Assembly (NCBI RefSeq): GCF_006345805.1
Contig: NC_043026.1
Span: forward strand, 7,254,001 to 7,318,000
DNA from: Octopus sinensis
Lineage: Eukaryota
Length of the DNA stretch: 64,000 nt
Direction of reading: 5' to 3'
In this document: positions 11,445 through 25,306 of the stretch, piece after piece
How positions within the stretch are numbered: position 1 is the stretch's first letter
Layout: each line of letters starts with the position of its first letter
Position numbers and translations under genes: made by a program
The notes under the pieces: model-generated
Told to the model about the DNA's origin: nothing
The model's input: only the letters and a program-made list of their open reading frames with translations
Database searches by the model: none

Positions 11445-11850
11445 AGGCGCAGGAGTGGCTGTGTGGTAAGTAGCTTGCTAACCAACCACATGGTTCCAGG
11501 TTCAGTCCCACTGTGTGGCATCTTGGGCAAGTGTCTTCTGCTATGGCCCCGGGCCGACCAATGCCTTGTGAGTGGATTTGGTAGATGGAAACTGAAAGAA
11601 GCCTGTCGTATATATGTATATATATATATGTGTGTGTGTTTGTGTGTTTGTCCCCCTAGTATTGCTTGACAACCGATGCTGGTGTGTTTACGTCCCCATC
11701 ACTTAGCGGTTCGGCAAAAGAGACCGATAGAATAAGTACTGGGCTTACAAAGAATAAGTCCCGGGGTCGATTTGCTCGACTAAAGGTGGTGTTCCAGCAT
11801 GGCCACAGTCAAATGACTGAAACAAGTAAAAGAGTAAAAGAGTAAAGAGT
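11445..11850 (+). mobile_element. tRNA-derived SINE family A, representative full copy
   Basis: GGAGTGGCTGTGTGGTAAG (A box)...GGTTCAGTCC (B box)...internal (TA)/(TG)n...CTCCAGCATGGCC...(GAGTAAAA)n tail. Other copies at about 2192-2597, 3202-3585, 4500-5035(-), 10527-11265, 12975-13435(-), 14595-14925, 18385-18690, 20395-20870(-), 27115-27520(-), 42400-42790, 43573-43995, 47900-48302(-), 48610-48950(-), 53567-53775. Confidence 0.9.
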
Positions 11851-11937
11851 ATATGTATATGTGTGTATGTATACTAAATTTTTGTCACGCAAGTTTTGAG
11901 TTTTCTTTTCTGATTTCTCCTTTGTTTTCTTTCACAG

Positions 11938-12097
11938 ATCCTCCAAGGTCACATGTCCAGTGTTGTGGTTGTCCACATTTGGTCCAGCAGGAGTCTGCTC
12001 TTCAGTTTCTCCAAAGACAAGGCACTGAGAATCTGGGACATTCAACTGCAAGTCTGTGTGCAGCGTTTAGTTGGAATGTTCCCCAAGGTCGGTGACG
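11938..12097 (+). CDS. WDR49: WDR49-like exon 3
   Basis: cag/gtatg boundaries; ILQGHMSSVVVVHIWSSRSLLFSFSKDKALRIWDIQLQVCVQRLVGMFPKVGD is a GH...WD repeat. Confidence 0.9.
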
Positions 12098-13272
12098 GTA
12101 TGTTTGTTATATATCTCCACCTTCCTCTCTATAGTGATGATGGGTTTGTAAAGGGAACTGGTTGCTTCTTTACACTTTTGGGGTGCAACTTGGGTGCAAC
12201 ACAATTTCCTTTCTTTTTGTTTCTAGAAACTACCAGTCAGGAACGAAAAGCAAGTTTAGAAATATATAATTCTTTATTCTCTTATTCAACAATGAAACAC
12301 GATGGTATACTGGTATCCATTCTTACAACAATTCAGCAGCAATAGATAGGTTAAATCCCAAGCGTCTGGGACAGGAGAATTGGTTGATCACATGTATGAA
12401 AATACGTCCTTTCTCTTCGATTGCCGTGCCTCAAGTTCCCGAACGCTATTAAGGAACGCTATAGAATTTATTCTTCAGTCTCTAGCACATGTGCATGGGG
12501 GAACTTCCTTATGCCTTTCCAGAAGGTTCCAACCCCGCACACGCACACTGAAGAAAGACGTTCTGCACACGCACACTGAAGAATGACGTTGCGTGTGCGC
12601 ACACTGGAATATGACGTCACTACAGGTTAATAATCTTCAAAAACATAGATAAAAACCAAAAAAAACTGATGGATTTAAGAAGATTTGAGCAATCTATTCT
12701 GCTACTTGGGCAAAGCAGTTATGGAGGTAAACACAAGGCCTGCTTCTTATATATATATCTAACATTAGCTAAAATGGTAATGGTTAGATATTTAGAACCC
12801 TACAAAAGCTAGGGACGGATCTAAGAATACTTGTGCAGTTTTTGATGATGGTGTTGATGATGTTAATGATGATGTTGATGATGACGATGATGATAATGAT
12901 GAGGAGGGGGAGGAGGATGACGATGAGGATGATGATGATGATGATGTTGATGATGACAACGATGATGATGACGACGACTCTTTTATTCGTTTATTCTATT
13001 ATTTGTTTCAGCCGTTTGACTTTGGCCATGCTGGAGCACCGCCTTGAGGGGTTTTAGTTAAAGAAATTGACCACAGGACCTATTCTTTTAAGCTTATTAC
13101 TTATTCTAGCAGTCTCTTTTGCTGAACTGCTAAGTTACAGGGATGTAAACACACCAGTACCGGTTGTCAGGCAGTGATCGTGGGGGGGGGCAAACACAGA
13201 CACAAAGACGCACACACATAGATACATACATACACACACACATACACAGATACATACATACACATACACACA

Positions 13273-13355
<83 letters not shown>

Positions 13356-13546
13356 GCAGCAGGCTTCTTTCAGTTTCTGTCTACCAAATCCACTCACAAG
13401 GCTTTGGTCAGCCCGAGGCAAGCTTCTTACCACACTTGATGACGATGACGAAGATGACGATGACACCAACGAATTGATTCCATGCTGTTCTTTCTAGTTT
13501 ATATTTCATTTTAATTACACCTGTATTCGTTTTGTATTTCCTGCAG

Positions 13547-13797
13547 TTTTCATCAGTTTGTTCCTGGACGAAGTGACTGACCACAAAGAGGCCAGCAACA
13601 CTGGCAGCAGTACTAATAACAGTACCAGTAGTAGTAGTAGTAGCAGCAGCAGCAGTAGCAATAGGGAATCAAACCGTCTGTTCCTCACTTTTGGTCCCAT
13701 CTTCACTGTGATTGAAATGAAAAATGAATGCCGCAACCGAGTGGTGAGTCATGAAACTGTGGTTGTGGCTGTAGCGTACAGTCCATCTTACAATCAG
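13547..13797 (+). CDS. WDR49: WDR49-like exon 4, containing a Ser-rich insert
   Basis: ctgcag/gtaggt boundaries; FISLFLDE...NRLFLTFGP...RVVSHETVVVAVAYSPSYNQ; phases 1 and 0 fit the neighbouring exons. Confidence 0.85.
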
Positions 13798-14020
13798 GTA
13801 GGTGTAGGTCTTGTTGTGGTAGTTGTGGTGGTGTATAACTAGATATTAAAGTATTTCTTAAGCAAAGAAAGATTTCATAGAATTGGCTCTGAAGAAGCTA
13901 TAACATGCTGTACAGGCACTCAGAACTAACTGCATTGTTCCTTATAGCCGAAACAGCTGTAAAGTAATGAAAATGATTATGTAACTCCTGTCCTTTTGTC
14001 ATTCGTTTATTAATTAATAC

Positions 14021-14063
<43 letters not shown>

Positions 14064-15047
14064 TACATACACAGTCTCATGCAGAAAACATTGTTGATCT
14101 ACTTATCCTCTTATGCTTCGATATACAAATGTTTAAATATTCCAGCAGCTCACTACCTCAGTATTTACATTTTTCTATGAATATATCAATCATGATATAG
14201 CTTTATCCGTGCCTCAAGCATGAAGTGTGTAGATATTTATATACATATATGTGTGTGTGTACATGTGTACATGAAATACAAAAAAATGTTTACATATCCA
14301 TGCATGTTATCTATAAGTAGCACTCTGTTGGGAAAAAGGTACATCAGTCGTAGATGGAAATTTTATATCTGCCATTCAAGAGGCTTCAACTTAACCGATT
14401 TGTAAAGTAAGTGTATAGATAAGCCAGTTAGGTGGGTCAATAATCAAAGCGCATGGAATACAAAAGATGTATATATGTGCAGACAAATGAAAGGGAACAT
14501 TACAAGGAGATGAAGAAAGGCATTACAAGTCTGGGATGTCGTAAGTTAGGCTAGAAAGAATATTAAATATGTTTAATGCAGAAGATGTATATATAGGCGT
14601 AGGAGTGGCTGTGTGGTAAGTGGCTTGCTTACTAACCACAGGGTTCTGGGTTCAGTCCCACTGCGTGGCACCTTGGGCAAGTGTCTTCTGTTATGCCTCA
14701 GGCTGGCCAAAGCCTTGTGAGTGGATTTGGCTGAAAGAAACCTGTCGTATATATGTGTGTGTGTGTTTGTCACCCCACCATCACTTGACAACTGATGCTG
14801 GTGTGTTTACCAGAATAAGTACTAGGCTTACAAAGAATAAGTCTTGAGGTCGATTTGCTTGACTAAAGGCGGTACTCCAGCATGGCCACAGTCAAATGAC
14901 TGAAACAAGTAAAAGAATAAAAGAATATATGTGTAGACAAATGAAACAGCATTAAAAGGAAATTACATTTATGCATCCGTGGCATTACCAATCCAGGCTG
15001 TCATTAGTTAGGCTACAAAGAATATTAAATATGTTTAATACAAAAAA

Positions 15048-15900
15048 ATGTATTTTGTACAGAAAACAGACTCCACCAACTGCCAGGGGGGCAAGCTAGA
15101 GGTAGAAGATAGCTTCTGTTATCGAGGTGACCAAGTTGCTAGCAGAGGTAGATGCTCCAAGAGTGTGAGAATAAGATTAGGCTGGGCAAAGTTCAGAGAG
15201 CTCCTACCTCTGCTGGCAACAAAGGGCCTCTTTCTTAGAGTGAAAGGCAGATTGTATGATGCCTGTGTGTGAACAGCTATGCTACATGGCAGTGAAACAT
15301 GGGCTGTGAAAGCCGTGGACATGCATAGGCTTGAAAGAAATGAAGCCAGTATGGTTCACTTGATGTGCAATGTCAGTGCGCATGTTTGACAGAGTGTAAG
15401 CGTCTTGAGAGAAAAGTTTGGCATAAGAGGAATCAGATGTGGTGTGCAAGAGAGACAACTACACTGGTATGGTCGTGTGATGCATTTGGATGAGGACAGC
15501 TGTGTTGTATGGCAGTGAAAGATGGGCTCTAATATGTGTAGGCTTGAAAGAAATTAAGCTTGTATGCCTCGCTGGATGTGTAATGTCAGTGTTCATACAC
15601 GACAGGGTGTAAGAACCCCGAGAGATAAGTTGAGCATAAGAGTCGTCAGATGTGGTGTGTAAGAGACACTACTGCACTGGTATGGTTGTGTGATGTGTGT
15701 GGACGAGGGCAGCTGTGTAAAAAAGTGCCAATCTCTAACTGAAGAGGGAACCTGTGGTAGAGGTAGGCCCAGAATGATGTGGAATGTTGTGGTGAAGCAT
15801 GATCGTTGAACTTTGGGCCTCATAGAGGCAATGGTTAGTTTGGTGATATGCTGTGGTTGAGAAGACCCGTCATGCTGAGTGAAATCGTAGATGTGACTGA
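15048..15900 (+). mobile_element. RTE-clade LINE 3' fragment with an internal duplication
   Basis: LEVEDSFCYRGD...GWAKFRELLPLL...KGRLYDACV.TAMLHGSETWAV; the segment at about 15290-15505 recurs at about 15508-15720. Confidence 0.8.
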
Positions 15901-16291
15901 AGCTGGTGTCACATAACTGGCACTTATGCCGGTGGCACGTAAAAAGCACCTTTCGAGTGTTGGGCCTCATGGAGGCAAAGTGACTGAGTTCCTTTTGAGT
16001 GTTGGGCCCCACGGTGGCAATGACCGAGACCTTTGGCATTAAGTCATGCTTGAGAAGAACATCCATCAAGCCAAGTAAAACCACAGTCGTGGAAGATGCC
16101 GGTGTCACAAAAAGGGCACCCATACCAGTGACATGTAAAAGCACCCACTGCACTCTCAGAGTGGTTGGCATTAGGAAGGGCATCCAACCATAGAAACCAT
16201 GCCAAATCAGATTGGAGCCTGGTGCAACCTTCCAGCTTACCAGCCCTGGTCAAACTGTCCAACCCATGCCAGCATGGACAATGGACACTAA

Positions 16292-16323
<32 letters not shown>

Positions 16324-16371
16324 TGCTGTGTGTTTACATATCTCTAAGTTTCTCTTCATTCTATATACAAG

Positions 16372-16536
16372 GTGGTCAGTCTTTCACAAGATGGCACTCT
16401 GACATTCTGGATGCTAGACAGCGGTCAAAAAGTCAAACATCTCTCTAATATACACGAGAAGGCTGAGATGCTGTCCTTGGCTCTAGATCCCAACACCAAC
16501 AAGTTGTACACGAGTTCAACTGATGGCTGTGTCAAG
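16372..16536 (+). CDS. WDR49: WDR49-like exon 5
   Basis: aag/gtaaga boundaries; VVSLSQDGTLTFWMLDSGQKVK...LYTSSTDGCVK, WD repeats. Confidence 0.88.
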
Positions 16537-17264
16537 GTAAGAGGCAGATCTTTGTTTTGGTTGGTTGGTTGTTGTTTTTGTTTTTGCAGTTGTTTTTTTA
16601 GCCCAAGGCCAAGCATAATCCAAGTCTGACCGAGGGTGAAATAATCACCAAATCTCAAATATAAATATCTCTCTTTCTCTGTCTCCAACTCCGTCTCTCT
16701 CTCACTCTCTCTCTATCTCTCTATCTCTGTCTCTCTCCCTATATATATATATATATAATATTTATTTATGGCCCACAGAGGACTAAACATAGAGGGGACA
16801 AACAAGGGCAGACAAAGCATAACTGGTACTTATTTAATCGACCCTGAAAGGATGAAAGGCAAAGTCAACCTCGGCAGAATTTGAACTCAGAACGTAACAG
16901 CAGACAAAATACCTATTTCTTTACTACCCACAAGGGGCTAAACACAGAGGGGACAACAAGGACAGACAAATGGATTAAGTGGATTATAATCAACCCCAGT
17001 ACATAACTGGTACTTACTTAATCGACCCCAAAAGGATGAAAGGCAAAGTCGACCTTGGCAGAATTTGAACTCAGAATGTAGAGGCAGATGAAATACTGCC
17101 AAGTATTTTGTCCGGTGTGTTGACATAGCTATATGGCTACATGTATATACATATTTCGTATTTGTCTCTAAAATAATTCTTTTTTCTTTGCTCTGCTCCC
17201 TAAATTGACTCTCTCTTGTTCGTGATGCATGGTTGCTCTTAAATACAAAGACCCTCCCTGGTGA

Positions 17265-18380
17265 ACAATGTACCCCCCCCCCCAGCATAGACTAGTTATT
17301 AGTGACTTTAGACTTGGGACCAGAAGGATGCCAAAAAGCAGACCAATCTGGAAAAGAAGGACTTGGAAGCTTAAGACCTGTCACATGGTCAGAGATTTAG
17401 GGATATCCTTACCGAGAAATTTGATGAGAAGGTGGAGGAGTCACAGTCCTGTGACATAGAAGGTAGATGAGAATTCCTGTGAGACAGCTTGCTGAGCACC
17501 AGAGACCAAATCTGTGGCTGGTGCAAAGTCCCTACCTAACCTAAGGTAACATGGTAGTGGAACAATACTGTAGACAAGGCCATTAGAGCAAAGAAATAGG
17601 CCTGGAAGAGTGAGGGTAGTAGGGGACTGTATCACATGGATGGCCAGAATGGAAGCTAGGAGACAGGTATATATAGCCAAGGGAATAGCAAAAAAGAAGT
17701 TTGCCAATGTTCAGCAACGTGAGGACCGAAGAACTGAAGTATTTCAGATTTCAAGACAGTGTGTGAGAGAAAACCATGATGCCATAGGAGAGAAATGTGC
17801 CCGCATGGATGATAATGCAATTGTGTTTAATGATTCTGCAAAGGAAGAGGCTTGGAGAAGCCATTATGAAAGACTGCTGAATGTGGAGAATGAATGGGAG
17901 GAGGAGAGTCTGACAAAGGTTGACCCAGTAGAGGGACCTGAATTGACAGTACCCAGGTAGATAAAGCAATTAAGGATACGAAGACAGGGAAAGCACCTGG
18001 CCCATCAGGAATCACCACAGGGATGCTTAAAATATCAGGTGGTGTGGGTTACTTTCTTCTCACCCGCATCGTAAATCAGGGAGTTCATGAAGGAGTCGTA
18101 CCCAATGACTGGTGTAGCAGCAGCACCATAGTCAACTGCTACAAGGGGAAAGGTGATGCTTTAGATAGAAATAACCACAGGGGTATCAAATTATTGGATC
18201 AGGTGATGAAAGTTACAGAGAGTGTCACAGCCCAACTAATCAGGGAGAGAGTTAGCTTAGATGAGATGTAGTTTGGTTTTGTGCAAGGCAGAAGCACCAG
18301 TGATGCTTTATTTCTGGTAAGGCAACTGCAGGAGAAGTACCTATCTAAAGATGAACCTTTGTATTTGGCTTTTGTTGATG
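17265..18380 (+). mobile_element. RTE-clade LINE ORF2 fragment (linker and RT N-terminus), degenerate
   Basis: EAWRSHYERLLNVENEW...GKAPGPSGI...PNDW...YKGKGDALDRNNHRGIKLL...FGFVQGRSTSDA...LYLAFVD. Confidence 0.85.
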
Positions 18381-18759
18381 TGATATCTTAGGCAAGTGTC
18401 TTCTACTATAACTTCAAGCTGACCAAAGCCTTGTGAGTGGATTTGGCAGACGGAAACTGAAAGAATCCCGTCGTATATGTATATATGTTTGTGTGTCTGT
18501 GTTTGTCTCCACACCATCGCTTGACAACCAATGCATCCCTGTGACTTAGTGGTTCGGCAAAAAGAGGACCGATAGAATAAGCACTGGGCTTAACAAAGAA
18601 TAAGTCCTGCAGTTGATTTGCTCGACTAAAGCTGGTGCTCCAGCATGGCCACAGTCAAATGACTGAAACAAAAGAATAAAAAGAATAAAGCAGTAAAAAA
18701 AGGATGAAACTTTTATATCAGTTGGTGACCTTAGTTTCATAGCGTTTCTTATGTTTCAG

Positions 18760-18875
18760 GTGTGGGACTTCAATGGACACTGTTGCCATAAGCTAATATG
18801 TGCTGGAGGTCAAGAGGCTGAAATTGGCCAAGTCAGTGTGTTGAAGGGCAGTGTTGCTGCTGTTGGATGGAAAAG
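18760..18875 (+). CDS. WDR49: WDR49-like exon 6
   Basis: tttcag/gtcagt boundaries; VWDFNGHCCHKLICAGGQEAEIGQVSVLKGSVAAVGWK. Confidence 0.88.
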
Positions 18876-19467
18876 GTCAGTTCGTTAATTACTGTTACAG
18901 AAATTAATTTTTGTTTTTGTTATCCTTACATATCACTAGCTGACCATGTGCCACCAATAATGACGGCTAATTGTAGTATTTTGTATATAAATAAGGTACA
19001 TAATAATCACACATACAGACATTCACATACTTCCCTTCTACACGCACATACATACATATACTCACACAGAGTTGAAATGCTGATTTTTTTTCACCTCGCC
19101 CTTCCTTATTCATCTATCACCACTTCCTTTCTCTCATTGCTATTACTTTCTCTAACTACCTCTCAGTCACGGCCATTACTCTCACTACTTCTCCTTCACT
19201 GAATTACTATTTTCTCTCCTCCTCTGCGACCATTCTGATTCTAGACAAATATATAAAAACACTAAGCTCATTATTATATTAAGAGATGTATATTTCTTTT
19301 CCTTTTCACTGTATACCGTGCATAATTACTGTTTCTTTTATATTTCTTACTTTTTTTTTTATTTTATCATTTCATTATATATAAACCCCAACACTTTACG
19401 TCTGTTTTGTATTGTCCTCCTCTTCCTTCGCCCTGGTGGCAAATAAATGAAACCATTATTATTATTA

Positions 19468-19511
<44 letters not shown>

Positions 19512-19884
19512 GAGTGAGAGAGCAGCGCATGCCATCAAAGTGACACTGGGGTAAAATATACGAAGCCCAGTATACCCATCATGACTACCCGTCTGATAAG
19601 GGTACACCAGGCACATGCATCACAACCATATGTGCGTGACCTGCTGATCTTATATCAAGATAAACAGTGCATGACCTTGCAGGTGGGGACCCAGTTAGAA
19701 TTTTCTTCAGGTTGAGTAGCGCATCCCATTCTATAAAGAAGTGATATTGAACCAGTGTGTGTGTTTATTATTGTTATTGGCATAATGATCTTCCCAAGAC
19801 ACTAAAAAATTTGTTTCAGGACACAAATTCACATCAAGAATCTTGCAAGCCAGATACAAAAACGAAATGTTTGCTATCTTTCAG

Positions 19885-19957
19885 ATCTATCACTGTTTTC
19901 CGTAACGTAGAAATGAAGGACTTCATTGTGAACCCTTCAGAGTGGAAAGGACTTGAG
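19885..19957 (+). CDS. WDR49: WDR49-like exon 7
   Basis: tttcag/gtaagt boundaries; (R)SITVFRNVEMKDFIVNPSEWKGLE; phase 2 to 0. Confidence 0.85.
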
Positions 19958-20615
19958 GTAAGTTCTGCAGGGACATCTACAGTTTTATGTATGAACCCTT
20001 AACAGAAGTAAACGGGCACTCCCTGTCTTCTGACCCCCCACCCCCATTTACTTTTGCCCCACCTCACATCTTGAGGGTACATTTTGATGCTTCATCATCA
20101 CTATTTTTTGTCTCTCTCCATCTCACCATTCAACCTCACCTCAGTTAAGGAATCTTTATATACCAAGTGACTTGGCAACCTCACTAGTGCTGGTGCCACA
20201 AAAATAACAGCAGCCAGTCCACTCTGTAGAGTGGTTGACATTAGGAAGGGCATCCAGCCATAAAAACCAGGCCAAGACAGACACTGGGGCTCGGTACAGA
20301 GCCCTATTTTGTTGGTTCCTGTCAAACCATCCAATCCATACCAGCACAGAAAAAAAGGGACATTAAATGATGGTGATGATGATGATGATGATACTCTTTT
20401 TACTCTTTTACTTGTCATTTGAATGTGGCCATGCTGGAGCACTGCCTTTAGTCGAGCAAATCGACCCCAGGACTTATTCTTTGTAAGCCTAGTACTTATT
20501 CTATGAGTTGCTTTCGCCGAACTGATAAGTTACGGGGATGTAAACACACCAACATCGGTTGTCAAGCGATGTTGGGAGGACAAACACAGACACACAAACA
20601 TGTACACACACATAG

Positions 20616-20712
<97 letters not shown>

Positions 20713-20974
20713 CATATATACATATATACGACGGGCTTCTTTCAGTTTCCGTCTACCAAATCCACTCACAAGGCTTTAATAGAAGACACTTGCCCAAGGT
20801 GCCACGCAGTGGGACTGAACCCAGAACCATGTGGTTCGAAAGCAAGCTACTTACCACACAGCCACTCCTGATGGTATATATTCAAAGATGGGTGCTCCAG
20901 TATGGCTTTTGGCTCCTGATGGCTAAAACTAACTAAAAAAGAACCTCAAAACCAAACTTATATAACTGCACTGA

Positions 20975-21343
<369 letters not shown>

Positions 21344-21409
21344 TAAATGCATACTGGGTACTGATGCTGGCAATGAAAATGTTAGCTAAAATATACATAA
21401 TAATAATAA

Positions 21410-21740
21410 TCATCATCATCATCATCGTTTAACGTCTGTTCTCCATGCTAGCATGGGTTGGACGGTTCGACCGGGGATCTGGGAAGCCAGAAGGCTGCAC
21501 CAGGCTCCAGTCTGATCTGGCAGTGTTTCTACAGCTGGATGCCCTTCCTAACGCCAACCACTCCGTGAGTGTAGTGGGTGCTTTTTACGTGCCACCTGCA
21601 CAGGTGCCAGGCAAGGCTGGCAACGGCCATGATCAGATTGGTGTATTTTACGTGCCACCGGCACAGAAGCCAGTCGAGGCGGCACTGGCATCGGCCACGA
21701 TTCGGATTATGCTTTTTACGTGCCACTGGCACGGAAGCCA
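21410..21740 (-). mobile_element. SINE or LINE-tail family C ending in (GAT)n, representative copy
   Basis: AAAGCACCCACTACACTC...GGCGTTAGGAAGGGCATCCAGCTGTAGAAAC...CCATGCTAGCATGG...GTTAAACGATGAT. Other copies at about 1-140, 845-1290, 5400-5820, 5970-6133, 8025-8183, 9500-9705, 16110-16322, 29940-30390, 36620-36895, 38683-39015, 44750-44998, 51098-51365, 52073-52690, 59765-60178. Confidence 0.85.
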
Positions 21741-21741
21741 A

Positions 21742-22270
21742 ATAATAATAATAATGAAATTATTGTACACAGTGCTCAGGTGCACCACAACCTGTCAAAA
21801 GTGTGTATAAAGCTTGTGCAGTAATGTACAAATGTCTGGGAAGTGAACAGTGTATGAGTCAGATACATGCTTGCATGTGTATGGAGGGGAGAAAATCAGG
21901 TGTAGTGTTAGCGAATCTCAGGAGTCATGGAAGTTTTGAAGGATGCAGTGCTCCGACAACCAACAACTGATGCCGGCAGTTTGTTCCATGCTTCAGCAAC
22001 TCTTAGCGTGGAAAAATGTTTCCGAAAGTCATGGGAGCTGTGCTGTTTTCTGACTTTGTAAACATGTCCACTGGTGTTAGACAGATGGAGTTTGAAAAGG
22101 TGCTCAGAGTTATTGTTTGTACGATGGTTAATAATTTTATGGGTGTCTGCCAAGTCAGCTGCCAGACACCGGAGTTTCAATGTATCCATGGCCAGGGAAG
22201 TAAGGTGTTCAGAATATGGCAAATACCTGGTGGAGGGTATTCTCTTGGTATGACAGACTTTTGACATTTA
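21742..22270 (-). mobile_element. CR1-like LINE 3' end, same family as 7738
   Basis: TKRIPS...LPYSEHL..L.MDTLKLR...FRKHFSTLRVAEAWNKLP, with (ATT)n tail. Confidence 0.85.
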
Positions 22271-22529
22271 AAACTGAGTGTACGAGTAAACAGTATTAAA
22301 CTTTCAGGTTTTCTGAAATTGTTTTTCACGGTTAGAAAACATGAAAAACTCATCATATTGCTGGAATATCTTTTATTGAAATTGACATCATGAGGGATGG
22401 GCATGGCGCTGACTAAGTATATCAAGCAGTTCATCTGGGAGAGCTGGTCTTTCACACGCTGACCCCCCATCTGACCCCTTGGCTATCATTGCCCCCCCGT
22501 AACTCCTCAGACCATTATATGTACATAGG

Positions 22530-22860
22530 GTAAAGACCCCCTTTGGTCATGAATGACCATGGGATTGCTCCTAGAAAGTTCTCCTCTGAGGCACAAGTCT
22601 GTTTATGGAAGACCTACAGTTGTCCATGCATACAAGCCCCACCTCTCCATGCCATTGATGTTATCCAAGGGAGGGGCAAAGGGGCCAATACAGCTTGGCA
22701 CCAGTGATGTTGCAACTCATTTCTACAGCTGAGTGAACTGGAGCAACGTGAAATAAAGGGTCTTGCTCAAGAACACAACACACAGCCTGGTCCAGGAATC
22801 GAACTCACTACCTCATGATTGTGAGCCCAATGCTCTAACCACTTAGCCAGGTACCTTCAC
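22530..22860 (-). mobile_element. tRNA-derived SINE family E; second copy at 30495-30827 (-)
   Basis: - strand head TGGCTAAGTGGTTAGAGCATTGGGCTCAC...GAGTTCGATTCC, then TTCTTGAGCAAG; the two copies share the same body. Confidence 0.8.
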
Positions 22861-23316
22861 TGGGAATGGCTACCTGGTTATCTGAGGAAATGTTGCCTGT
22901 GACAGACTAGTGTTTTATCCAGGAGGAGATTTACCTCTCATCCTCACTGTTGTCAGTCTGTGACAGTTCACTAAATCCTTCATTACATCAATTCTGCTGT
23001 GTGTGGGAGGGAATAGCTTCATGATCATCAGGGAGAATGTTACCTGTGGTAGACTGGTGTCCCATCCCAGGGAAGTTCTACCCACATTCCACTTCATGCC
23101 CCAATTCAGGTGTTAAATACCAGAACCCACAAGACATATGTGTATCTCTTAAACATGGTCAAGAAGGTAAGGCGTGAAAATATCCAACTGAAAACTTGTG
23201 AGTTCAAATCCCAGTAAGGATTTTTTTCCTTCCAAGGGAAGAATTATTTTCTTTCCAAATAGCATTTCTAAACAGTTTTAAAAGAGAAAAAAAAAAAAAT
23301 TTTCTTTTTCAAACAG

Positions 23317-23427
23317 GGGACAGTCAGATCTTCTGCTGGGGCCAGGAATTCTGGGAGAAAGACTGGTTCATCCCGAAACAGGTCACGAATATCATCGTGC
23401 CGTAGCGAAGACTATTATGATGAGCAA
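23317..23427 (+). CDS. WDR49: WDR49-like exon 9, basic Ser/Arg-rich linker
   Basis: acag/gtgagt boundaries; symmetric phase 0, 37 open codons GTVRSSAGARNSGRKTGSSRNRSRISSCRSEDYYDEQ. Confidence 0.7.
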
Positions 23428-24132
23428 GTGAGTTGTTTCTTTTTGTGTTTGTTTTTATTTTGTCATGTGCTCATCATCATCATCACCACCACCACCACCA
23501 TCACCACCACCACCATCATTATCATCATCATCATCACCACCACCACCACCATCACCACCACCACCATCATTATCATCATCATCATCATCGTCATCACCAT
23601 GTTTGCACGGATGGGTTGGAATTTGTTAAGAGTGATTTTTCTACAGCCGGATGCCTTTCCTGTTGTTAACCTTCGTCTATCTCCAAGCAAGGTGATGTGA
23701 CCTGGCATGTTTTTATGGCAGACTGGAAACAGAGGACACAGCTTGTTGATGTTGACACTCGTTTGTGTCTGTCATAAGACGTCAAGGCAAGAACACCGTA
23801 ACACACACATACACACACATGTATATATCATCATCGTCATTTAACATGCATTGTCCATGCTGGCATGGGTTGGATGGTTTGACCAGAGCTGGCAAGCTGA
23901 GGAGCCCCACCAGACTCCAGTTTAATTTGGCACAGTTTCTTTGGCTGGATGCCCTTCCTAATGTTAACTACTATCTATCTATCTATATTTGAATAGAAGA
24001 TGGGATGGGCATGACTGGAACGTCTTTGACCATAGATCTACTAAATCAAGACTAACCTAGAGGTTAAACAACAATATATATTTATATATATGATAAATTG
24101 ACTGAAGTATGTTTTTTTTCTTCTCTTTACAG

Positions 24133-24295
24133 AATGAATTTGGCTGGACTGTGGTGAATGTGCATCTCCTGGATAGTCGCAAGTGCCTGGATGTCAACTG
24201 CGCGAATTTGGTCTCTTGTGGGGGAAATGGCTGGGTCAGATTTTGGAACACTGACCAGTGTTTGCTGATGGCTGAGTTTGTGGCCCATAAGCAGG
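24133..24295 (+). CDS. WDR49: WDR49-like exon 10
   Basis: tacag/gtatg boundaries; NEFGWTVVNVHLLDSRK...ANLVSCGGNGWVRFWNT...AEFVAHKQ. Confidence 0.88.
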
Positions 24296-24425
24296 GTATG
24301 TAGCATTGTTACATATACAGCAGGCATATCACTAATGTATGTATGTAAAACTTAAAACTTAGATATGATTCGAGCAAAGATTGGTCCAAGCCATGTCTAA
24401 CTTAATAGCACCACCAATGTTTAAG

Positions 24426-24978
24426 TCAAGTTTTGTTTATGGTCCATTCAAGTAGTGAGTTTTTGTTGGGTAAGTTGTATCCAATTATGGGTGGCTTATC
24501 TGGTATTCCTGGAAGGAATCTATCCAGACTCCGTTTAAAGTTGATGGGATCCTTTTCCTCTTTGATCTCTTTTGGGACAATGTTAAATAGGGCAGGGCCT
24601 GTTGAGGAAAAGAAATTATGTTGCAGTGTACATGTATGTTGTGATCTTGAATTGGGCAGGGGACATATGGCCCATGGTCCCAGTCTTGGATGAACCTTGA
24701 AGCTAATGTTCAGGTCGTTTGGGCAAAGCTGGCGGTATATTCTCCACATTGTACAAATGATGTACCACTCACAGCGACGCTGGAGAGAGTAGAGTTTCAA
24801 GGCTTTAAGGCGATCCCAATAATCGAGAGCAGCCATGCCTTCAATTCGTTTAGTGAGTGCCCTCTGGGGTGATTCAATCCTCGAGATGTTTTGTCTTGTA
24901 TGGGGAGACCACAGTGGGCAGCAGTATTCGAGGTGTGGCCGTACAAAGGATGAGAAAAGTGGTATGATGACACCTTGT
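24426..24978 (-). mobile_element. CR1/L2-group LINE ORF2 C-terminal fragment
   Basis: LFSSFVRPHLEYCCPLWSP...QRALTKRIEGMAALDYWDRLKALKLYSLQRR. Confidence 0.85.
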
Positions 24979-25241
24979 TCTCTATGTATGTATTTACAGG
25001 GAGAGATGGGTAAATTGTTGCTATATTATATTTTTAATCTCACACATGTACACTGTTTGTTTTTCATTTTGTTAACTACGCAGTATAGTAAGGTTGGTTT
25101 GGCACTGTATGCGTGTATGTATATATATATATATATACGTATGTATATATATATATACATATATATATACGTATATATATATATATGCTGTATGTATATA
25201 TATATGTATATTTATATACTATATATATTATATATACTGTA

Positions 25242-25306
<65 letters not shown>

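Noticed and set aside
12535-12620. Three short repeats of GCACACTGAAGAA..GACGT
   Set aside because: Degenerate tandem repeat of about 28 bp; CTGAAGA is present but without hammerhead architecture.
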